A DNA stretch of 64,000 bases from Ptychomitrium polyphyllum (Eukaryota), in contig OZ316776.1 in NCBI GenBank assembly GCA_973851085.1, positions 5,270,001 to 5,334,000 of the forward strand, read 5' to 3'. This document shows, one piece after another, positions 1 to 13,300 of this stretch; position 1 is the stretch's first letter, and each line of letters opens with the position of its first letter. Both the position numbers and the translations under genes were made by a program. The notes under the pieces were generated by a model, which had not been told where the DNA came from, did not search any database, and saw only the letters and a program-made list of their open reading frames with translations.

Positions 1-159
1 AATTTTAAATTGCTTATTAAGTAAAACACATACACCTATAAAGACTTGTGATATTTTGACAAGCCAATATCATTTTTGTACATATGCTTTAATGCAACTG
101 AATGTCAAAATAGATTAATATTGGAATATATTTATGCAAAGTACTTAGACTTCAATAAG

Positions 160-1175
160 TAATACTCAATAATTGTAATCAAAACTTGGGAGTCAAGAAA
201 AACTAGCAGTTTGTATTAATGGATAGTTACGGAAAATCTTCCATGCAACATATTTAATAAGAAATGATTTCTTTTCGGTAATCTGTCTTTGGAAACTAAC
301 CATCGATAATCAATCCTTGATAATTAATAACCAATAAGAATAGAACTTTGAATTTAGATGTATTTTAGTTAGATAAACTATTGTAATAAAGTAGTGCTGT
401 TTTTAAGGACGATATGTAACAATTTGTAAATTAAAGTCCAGAATTAGTAAATTTCATGTATGCTTTTAGAATCTTAATCAATTTTTTTTTGCATCCTCTC
501 TCTCTTTGTTTCTAGACCACTAAGTGTGTTAGCAGATGTTTAATTTATGATCAATAGTTCAAGGCTAATTTGAAAGTTGTTTAGTCTACACTAGAAGTTG
601 GGACTATAATGTAGTTTTTGATTAAGGAGTGTTTAGCGGATCACTGAGTGAACAATGACCAACGGGCTAGGAAATACTCAAAGGAACATTTTTATCCTTT
701 ACATTTAGTGACCATTACAAGAACAAATCTCTGCTTTTGCTGGATTTGGGTTTTTTTATTGTAGGATCAATAGTTTTCTTAGAGTTCATAATTCCCTTTT
801 TTTGGTTTATCCACCAATCACCGCTCGGACTCTGCTTGCCTTATAGTCCGCCAATCTTGTTTTTTCTCCATTCATCAGCAACATCTTTTTTTGCCGTCTT
901 CTTTGTTTCGGACTTTGTTACTTTGTTTGGTAGTTTTTCTCCTCTTGATCAGCTATAATCTTCAAGCTTGGTTCTTTTTTTGGTTGTAAATGTTGAAAAC
1001 AAGGTATTTTGAACAATACCAAATAGATTTGGTAGGACTTTGTTTTAATTGTTGGTTTTTGTAAATTTGTAAGTGTGTGCAGCTAATTTGAGCGCAAATT
1101 TCAAAAACAAGATCGACTCCAATATTGGCATTGCATGCCACTCAAATTTGTGCATAGACAAGTTTTCTCCCTTGG
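160..1175 (+). repeat. Left arm of a ~1-kb inverted repeat (partner at ~18150-19160)
   Basis: ORFs 737-958(+) and 18361-18588(-) translate almost identically. The nucleotide match extends over roughly 160-1175. Confidence 0.92.
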
Positions 1176-2339
1176 TACACCTTGAAACCCTAATCTCCAC
1201 TATGAGTCATGGAAACATTTGCGCTACTAGACTGCCTGCACCTACGAAGCTTAGTGCTGACCAAATCACTAATTTGCGCTTGAAAGAAACTCTTTGTTAA
1301 CTTCAAACCACTTCTTGAATGCATACACTTGCTGTTTTGTCAGTCCATAGATTCTTCTCGAAGAGCTGATGATAATCACACCCTAACCTCCTATTATAAA
1401 TCATTTATGCATTTTGCTTTGACACAACATAGGTTCACTATTAGTGTTCCTTCAGCTGTCTCATAAGATCTTTTACTAGGCAAATAACCGTGTTGCCGCC
1501 TTGCATTTACTTTTACGTTGCTTAATTTCAACTGTCTGACTGGTCAAACTTTTTTTCCACCTGGACATACGAGCCACTTGTAACTAGACCTGCTAATTTG
1601 ACTGGTTACCATGTTTAAGACATTTTTTGACTTTTTCAAGTTGACCACTAAATCTGCAAGTTGGACAATCCAACCATTGAATCCTTACTCTCCTAATTTC
1701 GACCAAGATGTCTAATTCTATCTTCCAACAGCCCACCAAGTGTATTCCAACATCGTTTACTGAATGTTTGGCCCCAACTCTCTTCAAGTTGACTGATATA
1801 ACTATCAATATGATATTGCCATATTATCTTGCAATTATTGTTTCTAATGATAAGCTACTTTGCCTCGCCAGAGACTATCCATGAAGCTCAGATTGCATAG
1901 TATCACTTTTGGCCGCTACTACCCGAGTCCGACCGACCATCTACAAACATATCTTAGACTAGCTTATTTGGCCATCCTATCAGTCCTTATCAATGCTCTT
2001 ATGCGGATTACTAAGTCATACATTCAAGACTTGTCTTCATATGTATGCCTCAATTTATTTGCTGTATATATTAATATTATCGGCGTATACCTTTGCACCA
2101 ATACCACTGACGTACACTTTACTACCAATCTCAAGGATGTAGATATGAGCTCCTCCTCTAGTTACATATGTGTCCGTCTTGGTACCATAGATATATATTC
2201 AACCGACGCCACCAATGTATGTTTTTGTTTTGTTACCATTGGTGTATACAATAGGACTAATCTTGCAAGTTTGGCATCCTACATTGGTTCCTCCGACTTA
2301 TATATATAAAAATCTTGTATCGATTTGTGCCCCTATTTA

Positions 2340-2556
2340 CTTACCAATTGCACCTCATATTGTCGGTACTCAAGGAGTTCGACACAAATTTTTGTCCATC
2401 CCCAAATATAAACGAGATAAGTGTCCTACTACTCATATCAACCAATTTAAGCAAGTTATATTCTTAAATGGCAAAACCAACAAACCCACCATGCTTTGTT
2501 TCTTTGGTCATTCTTTGGACAATGATGAAAATAATTAATTTACAAGCTACACAAGT
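2340..2556 (+). pseudogene. gag N-terminal fragment of an older gypsy element, cut by the LTR at 2557
   Basis: FLSIPKYKRDKCPTTHINQFKQVIFLNGKTNKPTMLCFFGHSL resembles the start of a retrotransposon gag domain. Confidence 0.5.
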
Positions 2557-3656
2557 TGTTACTGGCCTATCGGGTGTTTTATTTGGTACTACTGCATTTC
2601 TTCTATCAATTTTCTTCTATTGGTACTACTAGACATAATTTAGCGGCAACAACCAGACATCCTCCAATGGTAAATACTGGATGATAGTAGTAGTCTGTTA
2701 GTTTAAACAACAGATATAGATCTATTATAGGATTTGAAAAATAGTATTTAAACCCTCAACCAAGAGAAATAAATGTATGTTGTATCTTGTTTTTTTGATT
2801 AATCAAGTTATATGCTCCATACTCGGATTATACATCAGTTATATTTTAGTGTATTATATCTCTTATGTATGTTCTTTCATTATAGCAAGTTTTAGGGTAT
2901 TTTCATAGTTTGATTTGGTGAACTACCATGTCCCTTTTATTTGGTAGTATCAACTACAGAGTTTTCTAAATATCCATTTTCTTGATAATTATAATCAACT
3001 AAGGAACTACCAGATCCTTGACTAATCCATAATTATTGACCATAACATTTGGCGGCCATGCAGTGTTTCAAGTAGTTTTCACTAGCTTACAACCATTCCT
3101 CCATTTCTATTTCTTTGCTTCTTCCTATACATAAGCGTAGTCACAAAAACCTTATTTTCCAAGAATTTCTATCTTTAATCCTTTCAATTCAAGTATAATA
3201 TTTATGTTTTTTGTACAATATCTTCAAAGCTTTAAAATTTGTGAGCACCGATAGGGTCTACCACAAAACAACTCTTGGCAAGATCTAGCTTCATTTTCTA
3301 GGATATATACCTCCGATTCTTTGAGCCATCCTCACACTGGTGCACAAGGACATCCACCTTCTTTAGAACTCACTTCCACACATTGTATCAAGTCACTCCT
3401 AGCACGTACTTTCCATTCTCTTGACCTTCCCTTTCCTACTCTTATCAATACCTCCTTCTTTAGGCCATTACTAATGGATCCACTACAAAATACCTTGCTT
3501 CATAGAACTATGAAAAACATCTATCATTCCCATTCTACTCAGAGCCTTCACTTTGCGCACCTACTGAATCCACGTGGTAATTAGTATCCCTCACCTGCTA
3601 CACAAGATCTTTAAAATGATCTTTCATTCCTCCAAAAATGCGTCTGCTAGCTTAAT

Positions 3657-4803
3657 TGTTGCGCACCTCTCCTTAAGGAGTGCCCGCAACACTAAGGGCA
3701 CAAGGAGAACCCCGGAGTGACGTCCGAGACTTGTGGCGCCGATAGTAAGGGGAACCGAGTGGGCCTAGCGTGGGAAGGACCCCTAGGACGAAAAACATCC
3801 TTGCCCATGTAGACCAAGGGCCACAAGGGATAAATCGTAGGCATTGGAGGAATCACAAAGAGCTGAATCTAGAATGCTAAAGATTGCCCAAATCGGACAA
3901 GGGAGCTAAAAGTTATGGCATCCCAAAGTTGGGGTTGCCAAGGGGCTGTTCTGGACTGTGGCAGCCCTACACAGTGACTGTACTGGAGTGGGACAGTCCA
4001 AGGAGGGACTCCCCGGGAGTCCCGAACCTTAGGAGAGGCGTATCTCCCACAATACTAACTCAAATTGGACGTTTGAGGAGTCTATCGGCATCTACGCAAA
4101 GAGTAGATGACGATAGAGTGGTCGCTTAATACATTTGGGCACCGGATGAGGAAGATATGGCTCCCTGAAGGTCTGCTGGGAGTCCCGGAGGCTTCCAGCG
4201 GCTAAGTTCCAAGGGAGATCGGGTGGTCTTCCAAAACTTTAGGTGTGTTGGGGTTCAGCCAGCTACAAAGGGCCAGGGGGCCTGCCGAGTCCCACAGAGA
4301 GTACTATAAGGGAGGGCTGGTCCCCCTCCCTACTCCCCCTAGTGTCCCGGTAGAGACCAAAGGTGACTCCCGATTGGTGGAGCTAGTGTTGGGGCTTCAC
4401 TACGGGGACTCCCATACCATTGTGAGCCGGTGGACGGCCGGTTTTACCGAGGGAACTAACACGTTCAAAAGGATACGCTTGTTACCACTAAGTTGGGGTG
4501 GTGTCTTCACGCCGGCACCATGATGGCCCGGGGTAATTTTAGGATCACATGGGGATCATGAGTGGTGGTAAGGAGATACCACTAAGGGCGGTTAGGCCGT
4601 GTGAAATGGAAGTAACACCAAGGAGGCCTTGGACATGAATGGAAGTCCGCACCTAACCATTGGCTATTAATAAATTGGGTGTCCTAAGAGAAATGGTAGA
4701 AAAACTTGGAAAGTGAGAATGGGGGTTAATCATGTGCATGTGGGGGTGTATAGGGTTGACGTGCGTGACGCTTGCTAAGGTGCATTAGAAGGGTTGCGGC
4801 ACA
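3657..4803 (-). mobile_element. Isolated ~1.15-kb GC-rich LTR, family F
   Basis: TG...CA termini (TGTTGCGCAC...TTGCGGCACA), non-coding, and colinear in reverse with 41320-44379. No TSD found; strand is tentative. Confidence 0.7.
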
Positions 4804-5105
4804 TGTATTGGTTGCAATTGCTTAAATCACATTTAGGACTTTTGTTATAAGAATTGTAAGAGTACTTATGCTATACAACACTAATAACCTCCAAGCGTTC
4901 ATCAAGTTAAGATACTACCGATCCTTGCCACTACTAATAGCTGACGACCAATACTACCCATCTAGTGTTTTTCTTGTCATATGTGCGGATTGATGGATTG
5001 CCCTGGTTATCAATGTCTTTTATATTAAGATGATGAAGTCAAGCGCTTCATCTACAAGAAGAAGCAGAAATTTGCCAAATATCATCGTCTTCCGGATGTG
5101 AATAC

Positions 5106-5719
5106 TATCACGGACATAGATCATGCAGCATAGTCCTTAGAACATTTTAGACCCTTCTAGTATATTATAATAGCTTCTTGAAATACCTTTAAATGCCTCC
5201 ATAGCCTTTCCATGTTTTTAGGAAGCTTCCTAGAAAAGTTCCTCCACCTTAGGGAATTTTCTAGGAAGATTCTATCATCTTAGGTAACTTTTTAGGAAAA
5301 TTCCTACGAAGATTCCATCACTTTAGGAAACTTTCTAAGAAGGTTCCATCATCTTAGGAAACTTCCTAATAAGTTTCTACTTCTTTAGGAAACTTCTTAA
5401 GAAGGTTCCGCTACCTTAGGAAACTTACAAGGAAGGTTCCAACTCCTTAGAAGCTTCTTGGGAAGGTTCCTTAGACTTCCAGAGCATTCTTAAGCCTTGT
5501 AGGAAGCTTCTTTAGAAGTATCCTAGGAGATACAAACGGCAGAGTATAAATAAGAGGCAAGACAAGGTATTCCTTAGTCTTGCTAACACAAGTTGTGGAT
5601 CATCTTGAATCCTGCCTTGTTCTAGTCTTTGTATCAAGTTCTTGTTAATCATTAGTTCATTGGAACCTAATTCTTGGGAATCGCTTTGTTTCTTCTTCTT
5701 GTTTCTTGTGTCTCTAACA
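5106..5719 (+). mobile_element. Solo LTR, family D
   Basis: T(A)TCACGGACATAGATC...CTCTAACA with near-TSD AATAC/AATAT. Confidence 0.9.
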
Positions 5720-8700
5720 AATATCATTGGATTTTACTATGTTGGCCTAGTAACTTGAAGCCAAGCAATGTCCACCAATTCAACATAGGCAACTCCATTG
5801 GAAAACATCAATTGGCAAGAAATAGAAGATGTTTGCGACCAAATGATCCGCACTGTATAGGAACTCCAAAATCATTTGCTTTTGACATCCAATTCTTTAC
5901 AATACAACGTCTTGAACCTCTCCGCCATTCAATAGGTATATATACAACTCCAAATGCACAATATTTCTATTGTATTACATGAACTCATTCATTTATCTTC
6001 ATGATTAGCCAACTATATACGGCACCATCTGTATCCGTTACTACTATTAGAATTGCCACCTTCGGTATTGATTACTGCGATTGCAACTGTAGACTGCTAT
6101 ATGCTAGTCATATCATTTATGGTGGGCAAATTGATCAACAATCATGCGGTTGTCAACGTCATTATCGAGCAAGAACGCCTTTGTTTGGATCTTCCAACTC
6201 CATTTCCAAACCCTTATAAACTTCGTATGGCAGATGGTTCACTTGTCCAATTTATCAATATTTTACAAAATATCAAAATTTATATCCACGATATTCCAAA
6301 TATAGTTGTTTTCATTGTTATAATCTATAAAAATATCTAATCTATACATTCTATTCTTCTAAGTAGATTATGGTTGAAGAATTCATAAGTTATCCATGAT
6401 TGTATAAACAATAAAATGAGGATTATGAAGAACAGTATAGTAAAAACCATCCCAATTCAACATAAGCTAAATTTCAAAGCCATAACATTTAATGTTCTTG
6501 TGTCCTATAATTTTGTCCAAGGCATTACCAATGAAGAGGAAGACAAATTCCTTACTGCCAAAAACTACCTACACCCCTTTGATATTCTTATCCTTTCTAA
6601 ATTATCACCGCCCTCCCAATCAGACAATTCATTTATTATCATTTTCCATATCCTGGATTTCATATCAATTGATGCTACACCAACTACAAAGAATTTGGAT
6701 CATCACAAAATTGCAAAATGGAACACTACCATAGAATCCTAGTTTCGCCTATTGAACCTTGGCACTACCAATAATCCTTCTACTATCAAAGTCAATACCA
6801 ACATCCCCGATAATTTAGTTCCTCAGATTGAAATCCTCTTTTGCAAATTTAAGAACATTTTGGTGTGTATTTATATAGATTTGACAGGAATACCAGCCAA
6901 TATTGCCCAACATTGTATTGAACTAGTCACCACCATTTTATCATCTCACCAAACTTGCTACCAAAAAAATCCTAACTATGCCAAAGCAATGAAAAATGAC
7001 CTCAATTGTCTTTTAATCGTGGATTTTATTTCTCTAGTAGCCAAAGCTTCATGGCCGTCTTCTATTGTCATTGTACCAAAGAAAAACAAAAAACTTTGCA
7101 TTTGTTTTGATTACCGCCAACTCAATGCCACCACAAAAAATGATCCTTATCCACTTTTGTTTATTGACAACATTCTTAACTTGGTAGCCAGACATATAAT
7201 GTATTCTTTTCTTGACGGCTTCCTTGGATATCATCAAATCAAGATCCACTCTGACAATCGCTACAAAATTGCGTTCATTACCGAGTAGGAGGCGTTTGTT
7301 TGGATGGTAATGCCATTTGGTCTTAAGAACGCACCACCAATTTATCAATAAGTAGTCAACGGCGTCTTTAAAGAATATCTTGGCAACTTTATAAAAAAAA
7401 TTTGGATGATTTTAGCATTTATAGCGATATTGCTAAAAATCTTGCTAAACTCCGATTATGCTTTATTAAATGTTGTGAATTTGATATGAACCTCAACTCC
7501 AACAAATGCCTCTTATTTGCATATTTAGGAGCCATTATTGGTTATATAGTCCCCAAAATTGATAAATTTCTTATTCTGGCCAAAATAAAAGATTTAATCA
7601 ATATACCCTTGCCTCGTGACATCAAAGAAATTTAGTTTTTTAACGGCTTTGCTCAATTCAACAAATGTTTAATTAAAAATTATGCCATTATCATGGTTTT
7701 CATTACCAAACTCACACGTATTAATAAGCCCTTTAATTTGACTATCGACTCTAATACTACTTATTCAAAAATCAAAGTTCGTTACCTATTGGCACCAACT
7801 CTCATCTCGGTTAATTGGAAGTTGGAGTTTCACATCCATACTAATGCCTTGGACCTAGCACTCATTGCCATATTGGTACAAAGTCCTACTGATTGCATTG
7901 GCTAGCCTATAGCTTATAAATTGCACCTCTCCAATAAAGTTGAAAAGAATTATACCATTATCAAACAAGAAGCATTAATAATGGTTTATGCCATCAACAA
8001 ATTTGGCCACTACCTATTGAGCAACAATTTGTTTTTTATGTTGATCACATAGCCTTAAAATACTTGGTCAATAAAACTTAGGTCTCCGATTGTATTGCTT
8101 GTTGGCTCATATTATTCATGGAATTTGATGTTACCGTGATTTATAAACCTGGAAAAAATTTATGGTATTATTAACGCTTTATCTCACAACACCGCCAATA
8201 GTCCATCCACTTCGATTACCAATATCTTAGTTGACACCTTGGTATTCACAGTGGAGCTTGAGTGGTTACCTACCATTGCCAAGTATCTTTAAATTGATAA
8301 TTTCTCCACAAGTCATAGACCCAAATGCTGCAAATGTTTAGCTTTCAAGGCTATCCCATTCAAGCTTATTGACAACAATCTATACCGCCAAGGTAAAGAT
8401 TTAATTCTTTGTTGCTGCATTTCCTTTACTAAAATACCAAAAGTACTTACCAAACTCAGTAATGGAACCTCTAGTAGATATTTTTTAATGGGCATCATTG
8501 TTCAAAAAATACGCAATGCCATTTATTAGTGGCCAATTCTTTACATAGACACTTTCAATTAGTATTGTACATGCCTTGTTTAGCAAACTAAAAACCTTAC
8601 AAAATTGGTCACTAACAAACTAATTGTCTCTTTATTAGCCAAAACTTTTATGAAATGGGGCCTTGATTTTATTGGCCTTTTCCTTTGCACTTAATACCAT

Positions 8701-9018
8701 GGTCATTAGTATATTTTTCTTGCTACCAATTATGCTACCAAATGGATCAAAGATGGTGCATTACGTAGAAATACAGCCTTAGAAACTGTATGATTCTTTT
8801 ATGAGTACATCTTCACTTACTTTGGCTACTTCCTCCACATTGTCAGCGACCAAGGAGTACATTTCAACAATACGGTAATCTAGACACTCATGGAACATTT
8901 TTTCATCAAGCACACAACATCAACGCTAGACTATCCCCAAGATAATGGCTAGGTTGAGTCAACCAACAAGGTCATTCTTGGCATGCTCAGGAAACTTATT
9001 GATAAATACTGCACCTAT

Positions 9019-9623
9019 TGTCACGGACATAGATCATGCAACATAGTCCTTAGAACATTCTAGAACCTTTTAGTATACTATAATATTTTTTTAGAATATT
9101 TTTAAATGTCTCCATAGCCTTTCCATGTTCTTAAGAAGCTTCCTAAGAAAGTTCTTCCACCTAAGGAAATTTTCTTTTATAAAGATCCCATCACCTTAGG
9201 AAACTTCCTATGAAGATTCCATCACCTTAGGTAACTTCCTAGGAAGGTTCTACCTCTTTAGAAAACTTCTTAAGAAGGTTCCGCTATCTTAGGAAACTTC
9301 CAAGGAAGAGTCCAATTCCTTCGAAGCTTCTTAGGAAGGTTCCAACATCTTAGGAAACTTCTTGGGAAGGTTCCTTAGACTTCCAGAACATTCTTAAGCC
9401 TTGTAGGAAACTTCTTTAGAAGTATCCTAAGATATACAAGTGTCATAATATAAATAGGAGGCTAGACAAGGTATTCCTTAGTCTTGCCAACACAAGTTGT
9501 GGATCATCTTGAATCCTGTCTTGTTCTAGTCTTTGTATCAAGTTCTTGTTAATCATTAGTTCTTTGGAAGTTAATTCTTGGGAAACACTTCGTTTCTGCT
9601 TCTTGTTTCTTGTGTCCCTAATA
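9019..9623 (+). mobile_element. Solo LTR, family D, inserted in the integrase of element G
   Basis: TGTCACGGAC...CCCTAATA with perfect TSD CCTAT (9014-9018 and 9624-9628). Confidence 0.93.
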
Positions 9624-10388
9624 CCTATTGAGACATTTACCTTTCCACAACCATATTCGCTTATTGTATTGCGTACAAAATAGCTACTAATCACTCTTTG
9701 TTCCAACTCTTATATGACCTATTTTTCTTCACGCCTATCAAATACTTAATATCCACCTCTCATACCACTGGTAGTCATATTTTTGACCATCATCGCATTC
9801 TTGCAACCCAAATTATCAACTTGGAGAAGTTGGACAAATATTGTTTCTACACCTAAAACCACCAAGGAATGTCAAAATGGAACCAAACTCAACTTCCCAT
9901 AGCTCAAGGCAAGAATAGTACTTTTAAACTTGACAATTGTGCTTTTTGATATAAAAAGAGAGCCAATTTTCATATTAGTAAATTAAAAACATAAGTAGTA
10001 TGGTTCCTACCGAGTTTAATATTTGTTACCAAACAATACAATTTTATTAGTAGCCATAGACTACTTTGATTTTGATTTTGTCATTGTTAACATTAATAAA
10101 TTCAAATCCTATCGTTATATTGAAAACTCTCAAATTTACCTCGTAGTAGCACAATCCGACTAAACCTGTTATTAAAACTGCTATTCTTAATGATGATAGT
10201 GTATGCCAAGACCCAGTTCTATTTATGATGGTTCAATTTGGCCATTACTACGCATCTAAACCTTCTACTCATTCTAATTGCCGTGGCTATAATCCTAATG
10301 GCCTACTTTTGTCCTTTCATTCTCCTCAAACTTCTCCTTTTCTCACTTCAAATTTTCATTTACAATGAATTCCTCTTTTTGTAGTACC

Positions 10389-13300
10389 TGTTAGGGTTAC
10401 AAGAAACAAGAAACAAAAACAAAGTGTTTCTTAAGAATTAGCTTCCAAAGAACTAATGATTAACAAGAACTTGATACAAAGACTAGAATAAGGCAGGATT
10501 CAAGATGATCCACAACTTGTGTTGGCAAGACTAAGGAATACCTTGTCTAGCCTCCTATTTATATTATGACGCTTGTATATCATAGGATACTTCTAAAGAA
10601 GTTTCCTACAAGGCTTAAGAATGTTCTGGAAGTCTAGGGAACCTTCTTAAGAAATTTCCTAACATATTGGAACCTTCCTAAGAAGCTTCCAAGAAATTAA
10701 GACCTTCCATGGAAGTTTCCTAAGATGTTGGAATCTTCCTTGGAAGTTTCCAGAGGTAGCGTAACCTTCTTAGGAAGTTTCCTAAAGAAGTAGAACCTTC
10801 CTAGGAAGTCTCTTGAGGTGGTGAAATCTTCTTAGGAAGTTTCCTAAGAAGTTACCTGAGATCATGGAGCTTTTCTAGGAAATTTTCTACCGTAGAGGAA
10901 TTCTCCTAAAAAGCTTCCTAAGAACATGGAAAGGCTATGGAGACATTTAAAAGTATTCTAAGAAGCTATTATAATATACTACAAGGTTCTAGAATGTTCT
11001 AAGGACTATGTTGCATAATCTATGTCCGTGACATCACTTCTCCATTTAGCAACCAATCCCATAAGGAGCTCTTTTCTTGGCTTGCTCGTTACATTTTTAC
11101 AAATTCCAAAATTTGTCAAAAGAGTGAAGCAACATATTTTGCTTGTTATTCTTTATTTACTGGTTCAATTGGTCCTTGCAAGATACGGCGATGACCACCA
11201 GCCAAGACTTTTGTTGTTGAAATGTCCCATTCCAAGATCTGATCTTGATTAAGTCCTCCAAATAAGATCTCGAATCCTCCAGGAGTGAGTCTTCCAATTT
11301 CTAACAAGATGACTAGAGCGCGAGCATCTGAATCAAGACTGGAATGTGAAGGGTGACTAGCCAATACTTCTACATGAGATTGTACTCAAAATTGGAATGT
11401 CCCTCTTATATCTTGACTAAAACCCTTTGTTACTGAAGGCTGAGAAAGTTGAGTTGGCTCAACAAATGGTGTTGTTGATGAAGTCACAGCCAACTGTTTT
11501 TCATACATATTCATGATAACATGAAGATTTGACATATTAGCTAGAATCTAGAGATGATCTATTTTGGAAATAATGCTGCATACAATTGGAGGTTTGGATA
11601 TCTCTTTTCCTTTCTTATACTTGTCTATGAAGGAAAAACTTCTCTGTGAAGCTAACGGCTACTGATGATATGTCATCCTTGAATAGTTTCTGAGGATATC
11701 TTTAATGAAATTTGCGTACCTTCTCAGATGCATTTGTTACGTTCATTGAAGGTTCCCATGTTTTGTCATCGATGCAATATCCTTGCCAATGAATAAAAAA
11801 CTCCACACGTCCATTCTTGATGCGTGAATCTAAAATCTCGTCCATTTCATACTCCATTTCATTATTGATTTCCAGCAAAGAAGGCCAAAGGACAATTTTC
11901 TTTAATATATATGACTTGTTATAAGTTTCCAACATTGATACGTGGAACATTAAATGAATTTGCATGATTGGAGGTAGCTTTAGGCAATAATTGACCGGAT
12001 TTATCTGTTTACTAATTTCAAACGGTCCCAACCTTTGATAGTCCAACTTCTTTGATGGGCTTTTTGTTTGTATATTTTGTCGTAGGAGCCATACGCTATC
12101 TCCAACCTTGAACTTTGGATGGTCCTTCCAATGACAATCTGCATAAGATTTGTAATGATCTTGAGCTTGTTGTAACTAAAAACTAATTTTTTGATGGATT
12201 TTAACAAATTGAGTTGCAAAATCCTTTGTTGCAGGACTTCCAACATGCTTCACTTGAAATGGATTTGCTTGAGGATAATGGCCATAGTTTGCAAAGAATG
12301 AACTTTGAGCTGTTGAAGAATGCACCGTATTGTTGTAAGCAAACTCTGCTAAAAGCAAGATGTCCACTCAATTGTCTTGCTGGTAGTTTATGCTACAACG
12401 AAGGTACTGCTCCAAAATTTGATTCACACGTTTGATTTGACCATCAGTCTACAGATGGTGTGCTAAAGAAAAGTTGATCTTCACACACAACAACTAGAAT
12501 AGAGTCCTCCAAAAGTTGGAAATGAACTACACCCTTCAATTTGATACAATATCATCTGGTAGTTCATGTATGCGGTAGGTGTGATTTAAGAACAACTTTG
12601 CAGTTTTTTTTCCTATTACCGTCTTGTTGTATGGAATGAAATGTGCCATTTTGATAAATCAATCTACTACTACCAAAATATAATCCTTGGAATTGAAGTT
12701 TAGAAGGTTTGTGATAAAATCCAATGACAAAGACAACCATGAGCCCTTTGGCAGTGGAAGCAAATAGAAGAGACCATGACGTTGATGTCTTTGGCCTTTG
12801 CACAAGTGTCACATGATTAAACAAAATCCTTCACGTATTTTCACATTTGCAGTCACTAATAGTTTCTAGCAATCAACTCCATTGTTTGATTGAATCCAAA
12901 ATGCTCTACTGCTGGAAAATCATGATGTGCTTGAAGGATCTTCAACTGCAAAGGGCTTGGAGGTAGGTACAAAAGTTCTTTATAATAAAGTAGGCCCTCT
13001 TGGAATTTAAAGTCTTCATTGCTATTTGAAGGATCTCCATTGCCTTTGAGGCACTTCTTTACATTTGAAACAAAGACATCATTCTTCAAAGTCTTCTAAA
13101 TTTTGTGAAAATGGGATGTTGTAGAAATAATTACTACTCTCAATTAGAGATTTTGTGGCTTCAATAAAGTAGTCCTTTATTGATCCAAAACATCATCTCC
13201 AGGTTGAGGAGCAGAATAAGATCTTTGAAATAAGGCATTTGACTTACTTTGTAAGCTACTAGGTCGATAAATAATGACCAAGTCAAATCTGAAAAGCGAC

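Larger units (their letters stand above)
2557..10388 (+). mobile_element. Old non-chromovirus Ty3/gypsy element, family G: 5' LTR 2557-3047 and decayed PR-RT-RH-INT
   Basis: LTR TGTTACTGGCC...CCATAACA followed by PBS-like TTTGGCGGCCATGCAG. PR-like sequence ~6050-6400 (LRMADGS), RT 6752-7635 (SFLDGFLGYHQI, MPFGLKNAP, LDDFSI), RH ~7700-8200, INT ~8500-10130 (KWGLDFIG, SDQGVHF). No chromodomain seen. Confidence 0.8.

Noticed and set aside
737..958. Hydrophobic 73-aa ORF duplicated at 18361-18588
   Set aside because: It starts at TTG and is F-rich because the strand is T-rich. The duplication is explained by the inverted repeat.
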